47,673 bases of DNA from Minisyncoccota bacterium (GCA_031401615.1 JANNRS010000054.1:1-47673); one strand, 5' to 3'; positions 1 through 7,487 are shown, counted from the first letter of the stretch. The notes: a model not told the origin generated them from the letters alone. Made by a program: numbers and translations.

Positions 1-141
1 GCAACAATCCAGTCCGTCTACACTAAACCTGAACTTTTTAAACATATTAAACTTGTCATTATTGACGAGGCACACAATCTTGCCCCAAGGGCGCTTGATA
101 CAATGTATACCTCATTCATTCAGGCAATTGGAAGCCCAAAA
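1..141. repeat. Terminal overlap copy 1: exact 141-nt identity with 47533..47673 (circular closure of the contig)
   Basis: Base-by-base comparison of window start (gcaacaatccagtccgtc...ggaagcccaaaa) with the last 141 nt; identical, bounded by the window edges. Confidence 0.95.
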
Positions 142-933
142 GTGATTGGATTTACTGCCACTCCATACCGACTTGAGATTGGATATTACAGAGACGAAAC
201 TGGTGCTTTAACTGCAGCCACGATGCTCAAACTCATTAACAGGATGAGACACAAAGATGCCAAAGGAATGTTTTGGAAAAGAATTATTTACGAAATATCC
301 CACCTAAATCTCCTTAAGGCTGGGTATCTATCTCCGATAGAATATATCCACCAACCCCTGCTCCCATACGCAGAAATTCCAATAAACATTTCTCATTCGG
401 ACTATAATCTTGAAAAATATACTGAAGCCATTATTGGGAAAGAAGCCGAAATTCTTTCTACAATTTCAGAAGCACAGAAAAGATTTAAAAGTCTTTTGAT
501 ATTTTGCTCAACAACTGGACAAGCGGAGAGGCTCTCTGAAGTAATCAAAGGTTCTAAATGTGTGCTTGCTACAACCCCTAAAAAAGAACGAGTCAAAATC
601 ATAAAAGGATTTAAAGATGGGAGTATAAAAACCATCTTCAATGTTGGTGTATTGACTACAGGTTTTGATAAACCAGATTTAGATTGCATAATCCTGCTCC
701 GCCCGACCCGCTCTCCGAATCTTTATAATCAAATACTAGGGCGGCTCACCCGTATTGCTCCTGGTAAAAAAAAAGGAACTGTTATTGATTTTACTTCTAC
801 CTGTCAGTCAATGGGAAGGATTGAGACATTTAGATTGGTTCAAGGGTATAGTGGAAAATGGGACTTACGCACAGAAAGACATGATTTTTGGCATGACAAG
901 GTTTTGTTTAAGCGTATAATTGAGGGTAAATGA
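1..933 (+). CDS. SF2 DEAD/DEAH-box helicase, C-terminal part (continuation of 47260..47673 across the circular junction; whole gene 1206 nt, 401 aa)
   Basis: Frame 1 is open from base 1 (ATIQSVYTKPELFKHIKLVIIDEAHNL...). Walker B DEAH is present, as are helicase C-domain motifs LTTGFDKPDLDCIILLRPTRS and QILGRLTR. The track lists only 103..933, which starts at the first Met. Confidence 0.85.
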   Translation, partial: ATIQSVYTKPELFKHIKLVIIDEAHNLAPRALDTMYTSFIQAIGSPKVIGFTATPYRLEIGYYRDETGALTAATMLKLINRMRHKDAKGMFWKRIIYEISHLNLLKAGYLSPIEYIHQPLLPYAEIPINISHSDYNLEKYTEAIIGKEAEILSTISEAQKRFKSLLIFCSTTGQAERLSEVIKGSKCVLATTPKKERVKIIKGFKDGSIKTIFNVGVLTTGFDKPDLDCIILLRPTRSPNLYNQILGRLTRIAPGKKKGTVIDFTSTCQSMGRIETFRLVQGYSGKWDLRTERHDFWHDKVLFKRIIEGK

Positions 934-1310
934 CAGAAGCAAGTTACTACGCCAAACTTACAAAATATTATTTAAAGACTGCAAGAAATAGTATAGCATG
1001 GGAAGCTAAATTTACTCGCTCAAACCGTATAAGATTTGATGCTTTAGCCGACCACCAAGAAGAAAAATTATTGGAATCAGAAAGAGCTTATGGAGAAAAG
1101 ATAGCAGACTCTGGGTTAATAAAGAAGCCGTTTGATGGTTGGGTTTTGTATAAAGCCTCATCTTTTTTTATAGCCATCTACTTCACACCTAATCATACTG
1201 AAATATACGAAATCCCAATAAGAACTTTTATAAAAGAAAAATATGTAAGTTCTGAAAAAAGTCTATCAAAAAAAAGAGCCAAAGAGATAGGTAAATTAAT
1301 TGAGATTTAA
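930..1310 (+). CDS. Putative PD-(D/E)xK nuclease, RecU/VRR-NUC-like (Holliday-junction resolvase candidate)
   Basis: ATGA overlap with the helicase stop. The motif AWEAKF...FDALADHQEEKL followed by the hydrophobic FFIAIYF resembles the ExK...Q core of RecU-type nucleases. Called from motif memory only. Confidence 0.45.
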   Translation: MTEASYYAKLTKYYLKTARNSIAWEAKFTRSNRIRFDALADHQEEKLLESERAYGEKIADSGLIKKPFDGWVLYKASSFFIAIYFTPNHTEIYEIPIRTFIKEKYVSSEKSLSKKRAKEIGKLIEI

Positions 1311-2041
1311 CGACTGTTAATATAATACTCCAAACTGTATTTAATATTGTCATCCAATTCAGTCGCCGACCTTCGGCACCACAGTAGATAATCCAAGTCC
1401 TTCTTTGCCACATCCTTATAAAATTCTCCTTTGTATTTCCCGAAGGTAAATTTCTTGTGGAGTATCGGCTTCTTGGAAATCTCAATCATCTCCTCTAAGG
1501 TAAAATGCTTCTCATAAAATTCGTAGAGCTTTTCCAGAACCAAGACATCGCTCTTCGCATCGTGTGGGTTAATTGTCTCATCAAATTGTAAGTTATAATA
1601 ATATCTAAGATACTGTAGGGTATTCTTCCCCAGCTCCGCCTTTTTATCCCAAGCGTGAGAGAGTTTGTAGGTACAGATATGATGTTTCGGCAACACCATA
1701 TTTTCCTTAAGGAGAAATGCCACATCAAACTGGGCGTTATGAGCCACGAATACAATGTCTTCTTTGTTGAATTCTGATTGGAGTTGTGTTTTACCGAGGC
1801 TCCCATCAAAAGGAGGATAAATCTCTAACATCTCGTTAGTGATATGGCAGATTGACATAGCCTCTATACTGACTGGCACAGGAGGTTTATAGAGACTATT
1901 GAACCAAAATTTTTCTCCTCTTATTTTCCAAGAAAGCTGAATGAGCCTATCTTTTTCTTCTATACCTGTAGTCTCCACATCTAAAAATAATGGTCTCATT
2001 TTAGTTTTTGAATACATCTTGTAAATATCTTGGTATCCCAA
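1307..2041 (-). CDS. DEDDh 3'-5' exonuclease (DnaQ/ExoX-like) with DUF3820-like C-terminal tail
   Basis: Exo motifs are FLDVETTG, HNAQFDVAFL and HDAKSDVLVL (H-x4-D). The C-terminal FTFGKYKG...YLLW resembles the ExoX tail. The start at 2041 is TTG; an alternative ATG at 1999 abuts the upstream stop. Confidence 0.85.
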   Translation of the reverse strand: MGYQDIYKMYSKTKMRPLFLDVETTGIEEKDRLIQLSWKIRGEKFWFNSLYKPPVPVSIEAMSICHITNEMLEIYPPFDGSLGKTQLQSEFNKEDIVFVAHNAQFDVAFLLKENMVLPKHHICTYKLSHAWDKKAELGKNTLQYLRYYYNLQFDETINPHDAKSDVLVLEKLYEFYEKHFTLEEMIEISKKPILHKKFTFGKYKGEFYKDVAKKDLDYLLWCRRSATELDDNIKYSLEYYINSR

Positions 2042-2186
2042 AATACAATTTCTCCCTTACATGCTCCCAATCAGAAGAACCTTTTTCCTGAAATCTCTCC
2101 GCCAAAAGCCCAGCCATTGTCCAAAATCTATCACCATAAAAGTTGTCCCTACCTTCTCTAATAAGGCTACGGAGCATCCTCGTCAT
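2001..2186 (-). CDS. Hypothetical small protein (61 aa, MTRMLRSLIREGRDNFYGDRFW...)
   Basis: Internal-Met version of track ORF 2001..2366. It starts just after the stop of 2194..2421. The upstream part of the track ORF overlaps that gene out of frame. Confidence 0.45.
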   Translation of the reverse strand: MTRMLRSLIREGRDNFYGDRFWTMAGLLAERFQEKGSSDWEHVREKLYFGIPRYLQDVFKN

Positions 2187-2193
2187 TAAGTAA

Positions 2194-2421
2194 TTAAGTA
2201 TTTTGTTTTTCATTTTTCTTGTTATCAATCCAAGAAATAGTCGCCTTGTATCCAATACCTTGCTTAGCATAAACCAACTCAACCACTGGCTTGATGACAA
2301 GCTCGTACTTCTTGAATATTGCCTGAAGCTCAGCTTCAGCTTTGACAGCCCTATCCCTGTAATCAATCTGTTCTGGGGTCTCTTCTACTGTCCCTGTTGT
2401 AACGTTTGTTTTGTCTTCCAT
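2194..2421 (-). CDS. Hypothetical protein (75 aa)
   Basis: ORF in the co-directional early block, tightly packed with its neighbours; no recognisable motif. Confidence 0.55.
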   Translation of the reverse strand: MEDKTNVTTGTVEETPEQIDYRDRAVKAEAELQAIFKKYELVIKPVVELVYAKQGIGYKATISWIDNKKNEKQNT

Positions 2422-2425
2422 ATAT

Positions 2426-2722
2426 TTAATTTGTTAATTTTCTTTTAACCTCTGATAATCTTACTAATAATTTTGCTCGTTTTGGGTCTGTATGGTCCAA
2501 AGCCCTTACTCCTTGATACAGCGCATCGTGCTTCTTCTGTAATTTCGGTAATCGGTAGGGCTTCACAACCTTTCTAACCTTCTCTTTTTTTGGTGACTTC
2601 GCTTTTCCTTCCTGTATGTTCGCCCACATCTTCCTCTCCTCCCTCTCTGCTTTGATGTGGTTTTTAGCAATCCTCTTACGCTTTAACCTTTTTAATGCAA
2701 TTCTTTTGGGTTTTGTTTTCAT
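2426..2722 (-). CDS. Highly basic Lys/Arg-rich protein (98 aa), possible nucleic-acid binding
   Basis: Sequence KTKPKRIALKRLKRKRIAKNHIKAEREERK...; tightly packed in the early block. Confidence 0.55.
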   Translation of the reverse strand: MKTKPKRIALKRLKRKRIAKNHIKAEREERKMWANIQEGKAKSPKKEKVRKVVKPYRLPKLQKKHDALYQGVRALDHTDPKRAKLLVRLSEVKRKLTN

Positions 2723-2723
2723 T

Positions 2724-2852
2724 TTATTTAATTAAATATTTTACTAAATCAATCATCGGGAATATAGGTAGAAAAATTGATAAAATTCCCCACCAAAAAC
2801 CCCAAACGATAAATGTATATACTACTGCAAATATCCAATATATCTCTTTCAT
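2724..2852 (-). CDS. Small membrane peptide (42 aa, MKEIYWIFAVVYTFIVWGFWWGILSIFLPIFP...)
   Basis: Hand-translated ORF below the track length cut-off. It exactly fills the gap between 2854..3102 and 2426..2722 and is strongly hydrophobic. Confidence 0.45.
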   Translation of the reverse strand: MKEIYWIFAVVYTFIVWGFWWGILSIFLPIFPMIDLVKYLIK

Positions 2853-2853
2853 T

Positions 2854-3102
2854 TTATTCAATATCACACCTCTTTAAATTCCCAGTCCAACCGCTCTTAA
2901 CTGGAATACCGCCCTTATCTCTACAAAGCTGAAAATCTGCTGGTTCAACATAGAGCATTGGTTTGGGGTGATTTATCCAATTGAATGGGTCACTAGCAAT
3001 CCAAGTAAAGAACGCGACAAAGGCATACCCAATGAAAAACATCGCCACAACTGCACTCAATATACCTACTATAATTCCGCCAAATATAAATGTTTCTCTC
3101 AT
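2854..3102 (-). CDS. Membrane protein (82 aa, one or two TM segments)
   Basis: Hydrophobic stretch FGGIIVGILSAVVAMFFIGYAFVAFFTWIA; ATGA-type overlap with the upstream gene. Confidence 0.6.
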   Translation of the reverse strand: MRETFIFGGIIVGILSAVVAMFFIGYAFVAFFTWIASDPFNWINHPKPMLYVEPADFQLCRDKGGIPVKSGWTGNLKRCDIE

Positions 3103-3584
3103 GTTATTTGATTTTCCACTGGCTTAATCTCCCCACTCGCAACCTTTGACCTATACTCCAACACTAATTCCTTGCTCGGACTGTACTGTGATTTCAGTAA
3201 ATCCTCGGTCAGAATATCCAAAGGAACAGTCTGGGGATATTTGGCATACTTACTGTGGGTAAAATACTTACAAACATAACCATGTCCTGATTTCTCAACC
3301 TCACCATCCAAGGCATCACAGATAAGCTTCTGTTTGTCATACTGGATACGACCAGTCGCTTGTTTCTCCCTCTCTTTATTACTAGCCTTCTCTTCGGGGG
3401 TCATCTGTTTAGTTCCCATTTTATCCACATAATCTCTTATCAATTTCGGATATGCTGCCGCTATCATAGAGCAGAGAGCCGAAGTGAAGGTCGGCATACC
3501 ATTTCTCTCCATCACTTCATTCACCATTTCCACTGCTCTCTCAGGGAAGGATATAGTCTTTAGAATTTTAGTTTTCTTTTCCAT
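3099..3584 (-). CDS. Protein with N-terminal ribbon-helix-helix-like DNA-binding domain (161 aa)
   Basis: The N-terminus KTISFPERAVEMVNEVMERNGMPTFTSALCSMIAAAY fits a beta-alpha-alpha RHH pattern. The C-terminal part is unknown. Confidence 0.5.
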   Translation of the reverse strand: MEKKTKILKTISFPERAVEMVNEVMERNGMPTFTSALCSMIAAAYPKLIRDYVDKMGTKQMTPEEKASNKEREKQATGRIQYDKQKLICDALDGEVEKSGHGYVCKYFTHSKYAKYPQTVPLDILTEDLLKSQYSPSKELVLEYRSKVASGEIKPVENQIT

Positions 3585-3744
3585 CTTTTTTCAATGTGTT
3601 ATAAAGTAAGACTAAGGCATTCTGAACAACAGACGATATAGTCAAGTAAGTCGCTCCTCCATCATTTTTCATTATCTCCTCTATCATCTTCCTATGCCTC
3701 GGAGTAAAGCCAATAGGCATCTGTTTTAATTTTATTCTTTCCAT
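3568..3744 (-). CDS. Small RHH (CopG/Arc-like) regulator candidate (58 aa)
   Basis: Hand-translated: MERIKLKQMPIGFTPRHRKMIEEIMKNDGGATYLTISSVVQNALVLLYNTLKK. It is the first gene after the 3797-3805 box region and overlaps the next start. Confidence 0.45.
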   Translation of the reverse strand: MERIKLKQMPIGFTPRHRKMIEEIMKNDGGATYLTISSVVQNALVLLYNTLKKDGKEN

Positions 3745-3796
3745 ATTTAAGTTAATACTATCTTACAATACCACTAAACCCACCGCAACAAGTTGT

Positions 3797-3805
3797 TGTG
3801 GATAA
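3797..3805 (-). promoter_or_regulatory. Perfect DnaA-box-type 9-mer TTATCCACA (minus strand), part of a 22-mer shared with 43813-43834
   Basis: Plus strand reads tgtggataa. The 22-mer cgcaacaagttgttgtggataa (3784-3805) matches 43813-43834 at 20/22. It lies upstream of the RHH gene. Confidence 0.6.
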
Positions 3806-3806
3806 C

Positions 3807-3822
3807 TTTTGCCCTTATTCTA
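3807..3822 (-). promoter_or_regulatory. Class-B promoter-like motif TAGAATAAGGGCAAAA (copy 1 of 4)
   Basis: Reverse complement of ttttgcccttattcta. It overlaps the stop codon of 3815..4015 and is preceded by GGGAAAG, as in copy 4. Confidence 0.45.
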
Positions 3823-4015
3823 CTTTCCCTACAACCTTCCTATCCCCCTCCTGTATCTCCTTAAGGAGATACAGGATGGCTTCAAAATCCAGCTCGCTTA
3901 CCGAGTGGAAGACATTTTTGCCACACTTGCGATTTCTACTAACTATCGCTATCAAATCATCACTCTCGCCATAGATTGCGATAACACTTTCTTGAATTAT
4001 TTTTTCATTTTTCAT
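3815..4015 (-). CDS. Hypothetical protein (66 aa)
   Basis: Track ORF in the early block; its start overlaps the stop of the hand-found ORF 4005..4172. Confidence 0.55.
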   Translation of the reverse strand: MKNEKIIQESVIAIYGESDDLIAIVSRNRKCGKNVFHSVSELDFEAILYLLKEIQEGDRKVVGKVE

Positions 4016-4172
4016 CGTTTTCTTTTTTATAATCTGGTAAATAAACTTTCACACTACCTCCCGAACCACTACCCATCCACACATACTTCCCATACTCATC
4101 CGTATAAACATCTTCTTCATTTCTACCCCCTCGTTGGTTTAACCATTGTATTTCTTTAAAATTCAAATACAT
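4005..4172 (-). CDS. Hypothetical small protein (55 aa, MYLNFKEIQWLNQRGGRNEEDVY...)
   Basis: Hand-translated. It starts about 35 nt downstream of motif copy 2, and its stop overlaps the next ATG. Confidence 0.4.
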   Translation of the reverse strand: MYLNFKEIQWLNQRGGRNEEDVYTDEYGKYVWMGSGSGGSVKVYLPDYKKENDEK

Positions 4173-4205
4173 ATATTTTCTCTCTTAATTCTAATAATAC
4201 CGACC

Positions 4206-4220
4206 TTTGCCCTTATTCTA
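4206..4220 (-). promoter_or_regulatory. Class-B promoter-like motif TAGAATAAGGGCAAA (copy 2)
   Basis: Reverse complement of tttgcccttattcta, located about 25 nt downstream (minus sense) of terminator 4246-4277. Confidence 0.5.
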
Positions 4221-4245
4221 AAATGCCTACAAAAATTTCTCACAG

Positions 4246-4277
4246 AAAAACCGTCAAAACACTGGTATTTTTGACGG
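4246..4277 (-). terminator. Rho-independent terminator (minus strand)
   Basis: 9-bp stem ccgtcaaaa/ttttgacgg (4251-59 / 4269-77), followed on the minus strand by TTTTT (4246-50). It lies just after the stop of 4324..4551. Confidence 0.6.
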
Positions 4278-4323
4278 CTCTTCGCTTCTCGTTTAGACGA
4301 CTTGCGTTCAGCTTCCTCTTAAT

Positions 4324-4551
4324 TTACATAGGTATATCCTCCAAATCAAAAGCACTCGGCAACATTATCTTTGATACTTTACTTCCATAGTAATCCAAAT
4401 CAAGGCGGGGTCTTCCTTCTTTATCAAGACAAATAAATAATCTAGCAATCTGCTCTCGCTTTTCATTATTTACCACCACCTCAATATGCCTATCTCCACT
4501 CTTTGCGATTGACTTCCCACGCTCGCTATTAGCGACAATATTTAATTTCAT
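4324..4551 (-). CDS. Hypothetical protein (75 aa)
   Basis: Track ORF; ATGA-type overlap with 4548..4760. Confidence 0.55.
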   Translation of the reverse strand: MKLNIVANSERGKSIAKSGDRHIEVVVNNEKREQIARLFICLDKEGRPRLDLDYYGSKVSKIMLPSAFDLEDIPM

Positions 4552-4760
4552 AAATCGTAATTACCAATTATTCTAGTAATCTCATCTTCAAGCTCATAAT
4601 ACGGCTCACCCGACAATTCCCATTTTTTGTCGTGTTGATGTTTAATCCTATCTAATAATGGCTCTATCACACCCTCAATTATTCTAATAGCATTTTGTCT
4701 AGCAGGAAAATCCGCATTGTATGCCTCATCAGGCATTTTCTTTTTTCTCTTCATAAGCAT
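4548..4760 (-). CDS. Hypothetical protein (70 aa)
   Basis: Track ORF in the early block. Confidence 0.55.
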   Translation of the reverse strand: MLMKRKKKMPDEAYNADFPARQNAIRIIEGVIEPLLDRIKHQHDKKWELSGEPYYELEDEITRIIGNYDL

Positions 4761-4867
4761 TTTATATTAAGTTTTGTAAAGAACACGCACCAGTTCGTGC
4801 TTCAGTATCATAGACACTGATTGTTGTACCCTTTGTGCCGTTTGACAAAAAGATACAACATCAACGG

Positions 4868-5101
4868 CTATTGCAAATCAACAATGAAATCAGTTATTTC
4901 CTCTTGGTCTTCTTCCGAAAGAGACATAAATAATTTCTCACTCTCTTCATCATTCCAACCCCAATCAGTATCAGGCTGTATATTTTCGCCGTCTTCCCAA
5001 CTCTTATATAGCTCTAAGGTGCGGTCATTGCCAATATCAAGAGTAAAGTCTATGGCAACACTTTCCCGAACGATATGTTTATTTTCTATTTCTATTTTCA
5101 T
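4868..5101 (-). CDS. Acidic hypothetical protein (77 aa)
   Basis: Asp/Glu-rich (WEDGENIQPDTDWGWNDEESEKLFMSLSEEDQEEITDF); packed against 5103..5408. Confidence 0.55.
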   Translation of the reverse strand: MKIEIENKHIVRESVAIDFTLDIGNDRTLELYKSWEDGENIQPDTDWGWNDEESEKLFMSLSEEDQEEITDFIVDLQ

Positions 5102-5102
5102 A

Positions 5103-5408
5103 TTATTCGTGTTTAACTTTTAATTTTCGGCTAGTGTGAGCCTCGCAATACTCACCGTCCTCACCCTGCAACTCATTACAATCATCTGCCACACACTTCA
5201 AAGGCTCGGCATTGTGCTTTGGTATACCTAAATGCTCCGCAAGGATAGGCAAGTCAATCCAAAAACCATTATCACAATAAGCGTCTGCCATTTTTGACGC
5301 TAAATGCTCCATTGTGCTATCGTCTACATCTTGAGTATTAAAATCAATACTCTCTAAGTCCTCTCTCGCCACACTTGTAATCACAAAGTCTTTATATTTT
5401 TTTTCCAT
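5103..5408 (-). CDS. Acidic hypothetical protein with Cys/His-containing C-terminus (101 aa)
   Basis: Track ORF. It is acidic throughout, and the C-terminal CVADDCNELQGEDGEYCEAH is a possible metal site. Confidence 0.55.
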   Translation of the reverse strand: MEKKYKDFVITSVAREDLESIDFNTQDVDDSTMEHLASKMADAYCDNGFWIDLPILAEHLGIPKHNAEPLKCVADDCNELQGEDGEYCEAHTSRKLKVKHE

Positions 5409-5424
5409 TTTAGTTATTTTTAAT

Positions 5425-5610
5425 TTATAAACCCTCTCTTAATGTCAATTCTCTTTCAACCTCCATAAGCTCGTGAAATTTCCTTATGAAAAATTGGCTT
5501 TTACCTTTTTCTATATAATCCATAAGCTCTTCTCGCATACTAACCAAAGTATCATCTTCTAAGTCTCCAAAATCTCCATAATGGACAACTTTTTCTTTTT
5601 TAGCTTTCAT
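5425..5610 (-). CDS. Hypothetical protein (61 aa)
   Basis: Track ORF. Confidence 0.5.
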   Translation of the reverse strand: MKAKKEKVVHYGDFGDLEDDTLVSMREELMDYIEKGKSQFFIRKFHELMEVERELTLREGL

Positions 5611-5611
5611 T

Positions 5612-5737
5612 TTAGTTAATTAACTTGTTTATAATTGCCTCGTAGGCGTTCCCCACTACCCAAATAAATGCACTAGCCCCTAAGATAGAGATAGCCAAAT
5701 AAAAGAGTAATTCCAACCAATGCTTTAGTATTCTCAT
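5612..5737 (-). CDS. Small membrane peptide (41 aa, MRILKHWLELLFYLAISILGASAFIWVVG...)
   Basis: Hand-translated; fills the gap between 5739..5849 and 5425..5610; one clear TM helix. Confidence 0.4.
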   Translation of the reverse strand: MRILKHWLELLFYLAISILGASAFIWVVGNAYEAIINKLIN

Positions 5738-5738
5738 C

Positions 5739-5849
5739 TTATTTTTTGTTTACTTTTAATTTTTTACGCCACGCCACCATATCTTTTGAATGAAACAATG
5801 GATGTTGTTCACCAAAATTTTGGATGGTGTTTGCATTTTTTTCTGTCAT
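5739..5849 (-). CDS. Hypothetical small protein (36 aa)
   Basis: Hand-translated MTEKNANTIQNFGEQHPLFHSKDMVAWRKKLKVNKK; ATGA overlap with the stop of 5846..6265. Confidence 0.3.
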   Translation of the reverse strand: MTEKNANTIQNFGEQHPLFHSKDMVAWRKKLKVNKK

Positions 5850-6265
5850 TTTATTTTTAATAATCTATGCTTATTGAACAAATGACTTTCTAAATGAAAA
5901 AATGTCATTTTACAAACTGGACACGACTCCAACTTTCCTTTCTTTTTCTTATTCACACCCTCAATCCTTTCTATCAATTTCTTTCGCTCCGACTCACTCA
6001 CTCTTCTGCCTTCACCTTTCCTATCTCCTTTCTTAAACTGATATTTTTTACCACCTTTCAAAAGATTTTTAACATACTCCTCCCTATGCTCCTCAAAATG
6101 CTCTTGTTTTTTCCTTTTAACTTCACTCCCAATAAGCGACATAGTAAAAGGCAAATCAAATTCTTCTTTATAGTCTCGCGATAATACGCCGTGTCTGTGC
6201 CATAAATGCGAACCTAAATGTGCAAATCTCTTACCACACATCAAACATTTTATTGTTTTTTCCAT
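5846..6265 (-). CDS. MucR/Ros-type C2H2 zinc-finger protein with two finger copies (139 aa)
   Basis: The N-terminal CLMCGKRFAHLGSHLWHRHGVLSRDYKEEFDLP follows the Ros/MucR pattern CLxCGKxFxxLxxHLxxxHGxxxxxYxxx(W/F)xLP. There is a second copy, CPVCKMTFFHLESHLFNKH. Confidence 0.6.
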   Translation of the reverse strand: MEKTIKCLMCGKRFAHLGSHLWHRHGVLSRDYKEEFDLPFTMSLIGSEVKRKKQEHFEEHREEYVKNLLKGGKKYQFKKGDRKGEGRRVSESERKKLIERIEGVNKKKKGKLESCPVCKMTFFHLESHLFNKHRLLKIK

Positions 6266-6267
6266 AA

Positions 6268-6279
6268 GCCCTTATTCTA
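6268..6279 (-). promoter_or_regulatory. Class-B motif, shortened copy TAGAATAAGGGC (copy 3) abutting the ATG of 5846..6265
   Basis: The minus strand reads tagaataagggcttATG, only 2 nt before the start codon. If it is a promoter, the mRNA would be leaderless. Confidence 0.35.
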
Positions 6280-6343
6280 AATTTACTTCTAATATATGGA
6301 TAGAACCCGACCAAATTTCTGTCCATAATTTCCAAAGCAAACC

Positions 6344-6359
6344 TTTTGCCCTTATTCTA
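6344..6359 (-). promoter_or_regulatory. Class-B promoter-like motif TAGAATAAGGGCAAAA (copy 4)
   Basis: Reverse complement of ttttgcccttattcta, preceded by GGGAAAC; about 65 nt downstream (minus sense) of terminator 6423-6455. Confidence 0.5.
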
Positions 6360-6422
6360 GTTTCCCGCCAGTAATTTTTTACCAAAAATTTACCCAAAAA
6401 ATCGCTAAAATGTTTGACAAAC

Positions 6423-6455
6423 AAAAAAACCGTGTGCTAGTGTAATCACGGTTTT
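6423..6455 (-). terminator. Rho-independent terminator (minus strand)
   Basis: 9-bp stem aaaaccgtg/cacggtttt (6426-34 / 6447-55) with a 12-nt loop. On the minus strand the stem runs into a T7 run. It lies after the stop of 6493..6675. Confidence 0.6.
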
Positions 6456-6492
6456 ATGTTTTCAACGGTCAAGCCGTTACGAAATCAAAACT

Positions 6493-6675
6493 CTAATCAG
6501 GCATACAAGCATTTATAAATAAATCTTTTCTAAACCTTGTATTTTCTTTTCCCAACTCTTCGGCTAAGTTATACGCAATAGCGGATATTGCAAAAGCATA
6601 TTTACTTTCGGCTTTCCATTTTTCAGCCTCTTTTTTAATCACTCTCGCGATAAGCTCATAATCTTTTTTGGTCAT
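6493..6675 (-). CDS. Hypothetical protein (60 aa)
   Basis: Track ORF, packed 1 nt from 6677..6985. Confidence 0.5.
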   Translation of the reverse strand: MTKKDYELIARVIKKEAEKWKAESKYAFAISAIAYNLAEELGKENTRFRKDLFINACMPD

Positions 6676-6676
6676 T

Positions 6677-6985
6677 TTAGTATTGTTGGATTATAAATCT
6701 ATCCCTATCAGTCCCTAAATCAATAGGTATAACTATCGTGTAGTTTTCTAAATCCTCCATACTCTTTATATCTGGATAGCTCTTCTGTAGCTCTTCCAAG
6801 CTCTCATACTCACTATACTCACAACACAAAGCAATGGTATCTAGCTCTATATCCTCCCCAATATCCTCTGATAAGTTTTCAAGATAATCAAACAAAGCTC
6901 TTTTGCCATAATAGGTAAAATTGTCTTTGTAAGTATCTGAAAAACTATCGCAAAACATACTAAAATTCACATTTTGTTTTATCAT
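6677..6985 (-). CDS. Acidic hypothetical protein (102 aa)
   Basis: Track ORF, Asp/Glu-rich (LSEDIGEDIELDTIALCCEYSEYESLEELQ). Confidence 0.55.
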   Translation of the reverse strand: MIKQNVNFSMFCDSFSDTYKDNFTYYGKRALFDYLENLSEDIGEDIELDTIALCCEYSEYESLEELQKSYPDIKSMEDLENYTIVIPIDLGTDRDRFIIQQY

Positions 6986-7024
6986 TTTATTTAATTTTCA
7001 AATAACACCACCACTAGCTGTGAT

Positions 7025-7077
7025 GCAAGCATATTTTTTTATATGCTGTATTGCTTGCTCTAAGTGTTAGAGCAAGC
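7025..7077 (-). terminator. Two adjacent hairpins between 7091..7282 and 6677..6985 (terminator/processing-site candidates)
   Basis: agcatat-T6-atatgct (7028-7047) and a 10-bp perfect stem gcttgctcta/tagagcaagc (7053-7077, 5-nt loop). No clear U-run follows. Confidence 0.4.
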
Positions 7078-7090
7078 TAACAACTAACAA

Positions 7091-7282
7091 TTATTTAATT
7101 ATCTTTTTGAATTGCAACATTGTGTGTATCCCGTTTGTCAAAACTGTTTGACCATTTTTTTTAATATCTTTTTGCTTTTCATAGATGAAATGCAACATAT
7201 CTTTATTCTGTTTCCTGTTTGCACAAAATACCCTATAAATACGCCCGTCTTTGAAACTAATTTGATATATTGATGTTTCCAT
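7091..7282 (-). CDS. Hypothetical protein (63 aa)
   Basis: Track ORF; 26-nt overlap with the upstream gene. Confidence 0.5.
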   Translation of the reverse strand: METSIYQISFKDGRIYRVFCANRKQNKDMLHFIYEKQKDIKKNGQTVLTNGIHTMLQFKKIIK

Positions 7283-7487
7283 ATTTTTTGTACATTAGTC
7301 TAGTATTTTCTTTTAACCATTGCTCGGTATCTAATTGCGTGTATTTCAACCCACCTTCACCCCTCCAACAATCACCCCAACAAACTAACTGGCTATGCTC
7401 TCCCGCTTCTTTTGGCTCGCCACACTTCGGGCAAGTGTGCATATTGCGAGCTATTTTTTCTAATTTTCCCTGTTTTTCTATTATCAT
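7257..7487 (-). CDS. Small Cys-containing (zinc-ribbon-like) protein (76 aa)
   Basis: CPKCGEPKEAGEHSQLVCWGDCW gives CxxC...CxxxC spacing. Confidence 0.5.
   Translation of the reverse strand: MIIEKQGKLEKIARNMHTCPKCGEPKEAGEHSQLVCWGDCWRGEGGLKYTQLDTEQWLKENTRLMYKKYGNINISN

Noticed and set aside
1-141. 141-nt end repeat as a biological direct terminal repeat
   Set aside because: The identity is truncated exactly by the contig ends and interrupts a helicase gene. Its length equals a common assembler maximum k-mer. It is more parsimoniously an assembly overlap of a circular path. Read-level terminus analysis is needed to be sure.
3809-4159. 116-aa plus-strand ORF opposite the early genes (and similar ORFs at 5894..6184, 7270..7518, 8257..8574)
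   Set aside because: These are antisense to tightly packed, translationally coupled minus-strand genes. Their composition is low-complexity Phe/Leu/Ser, typical of shadows of Lys/Glu-rich genes.
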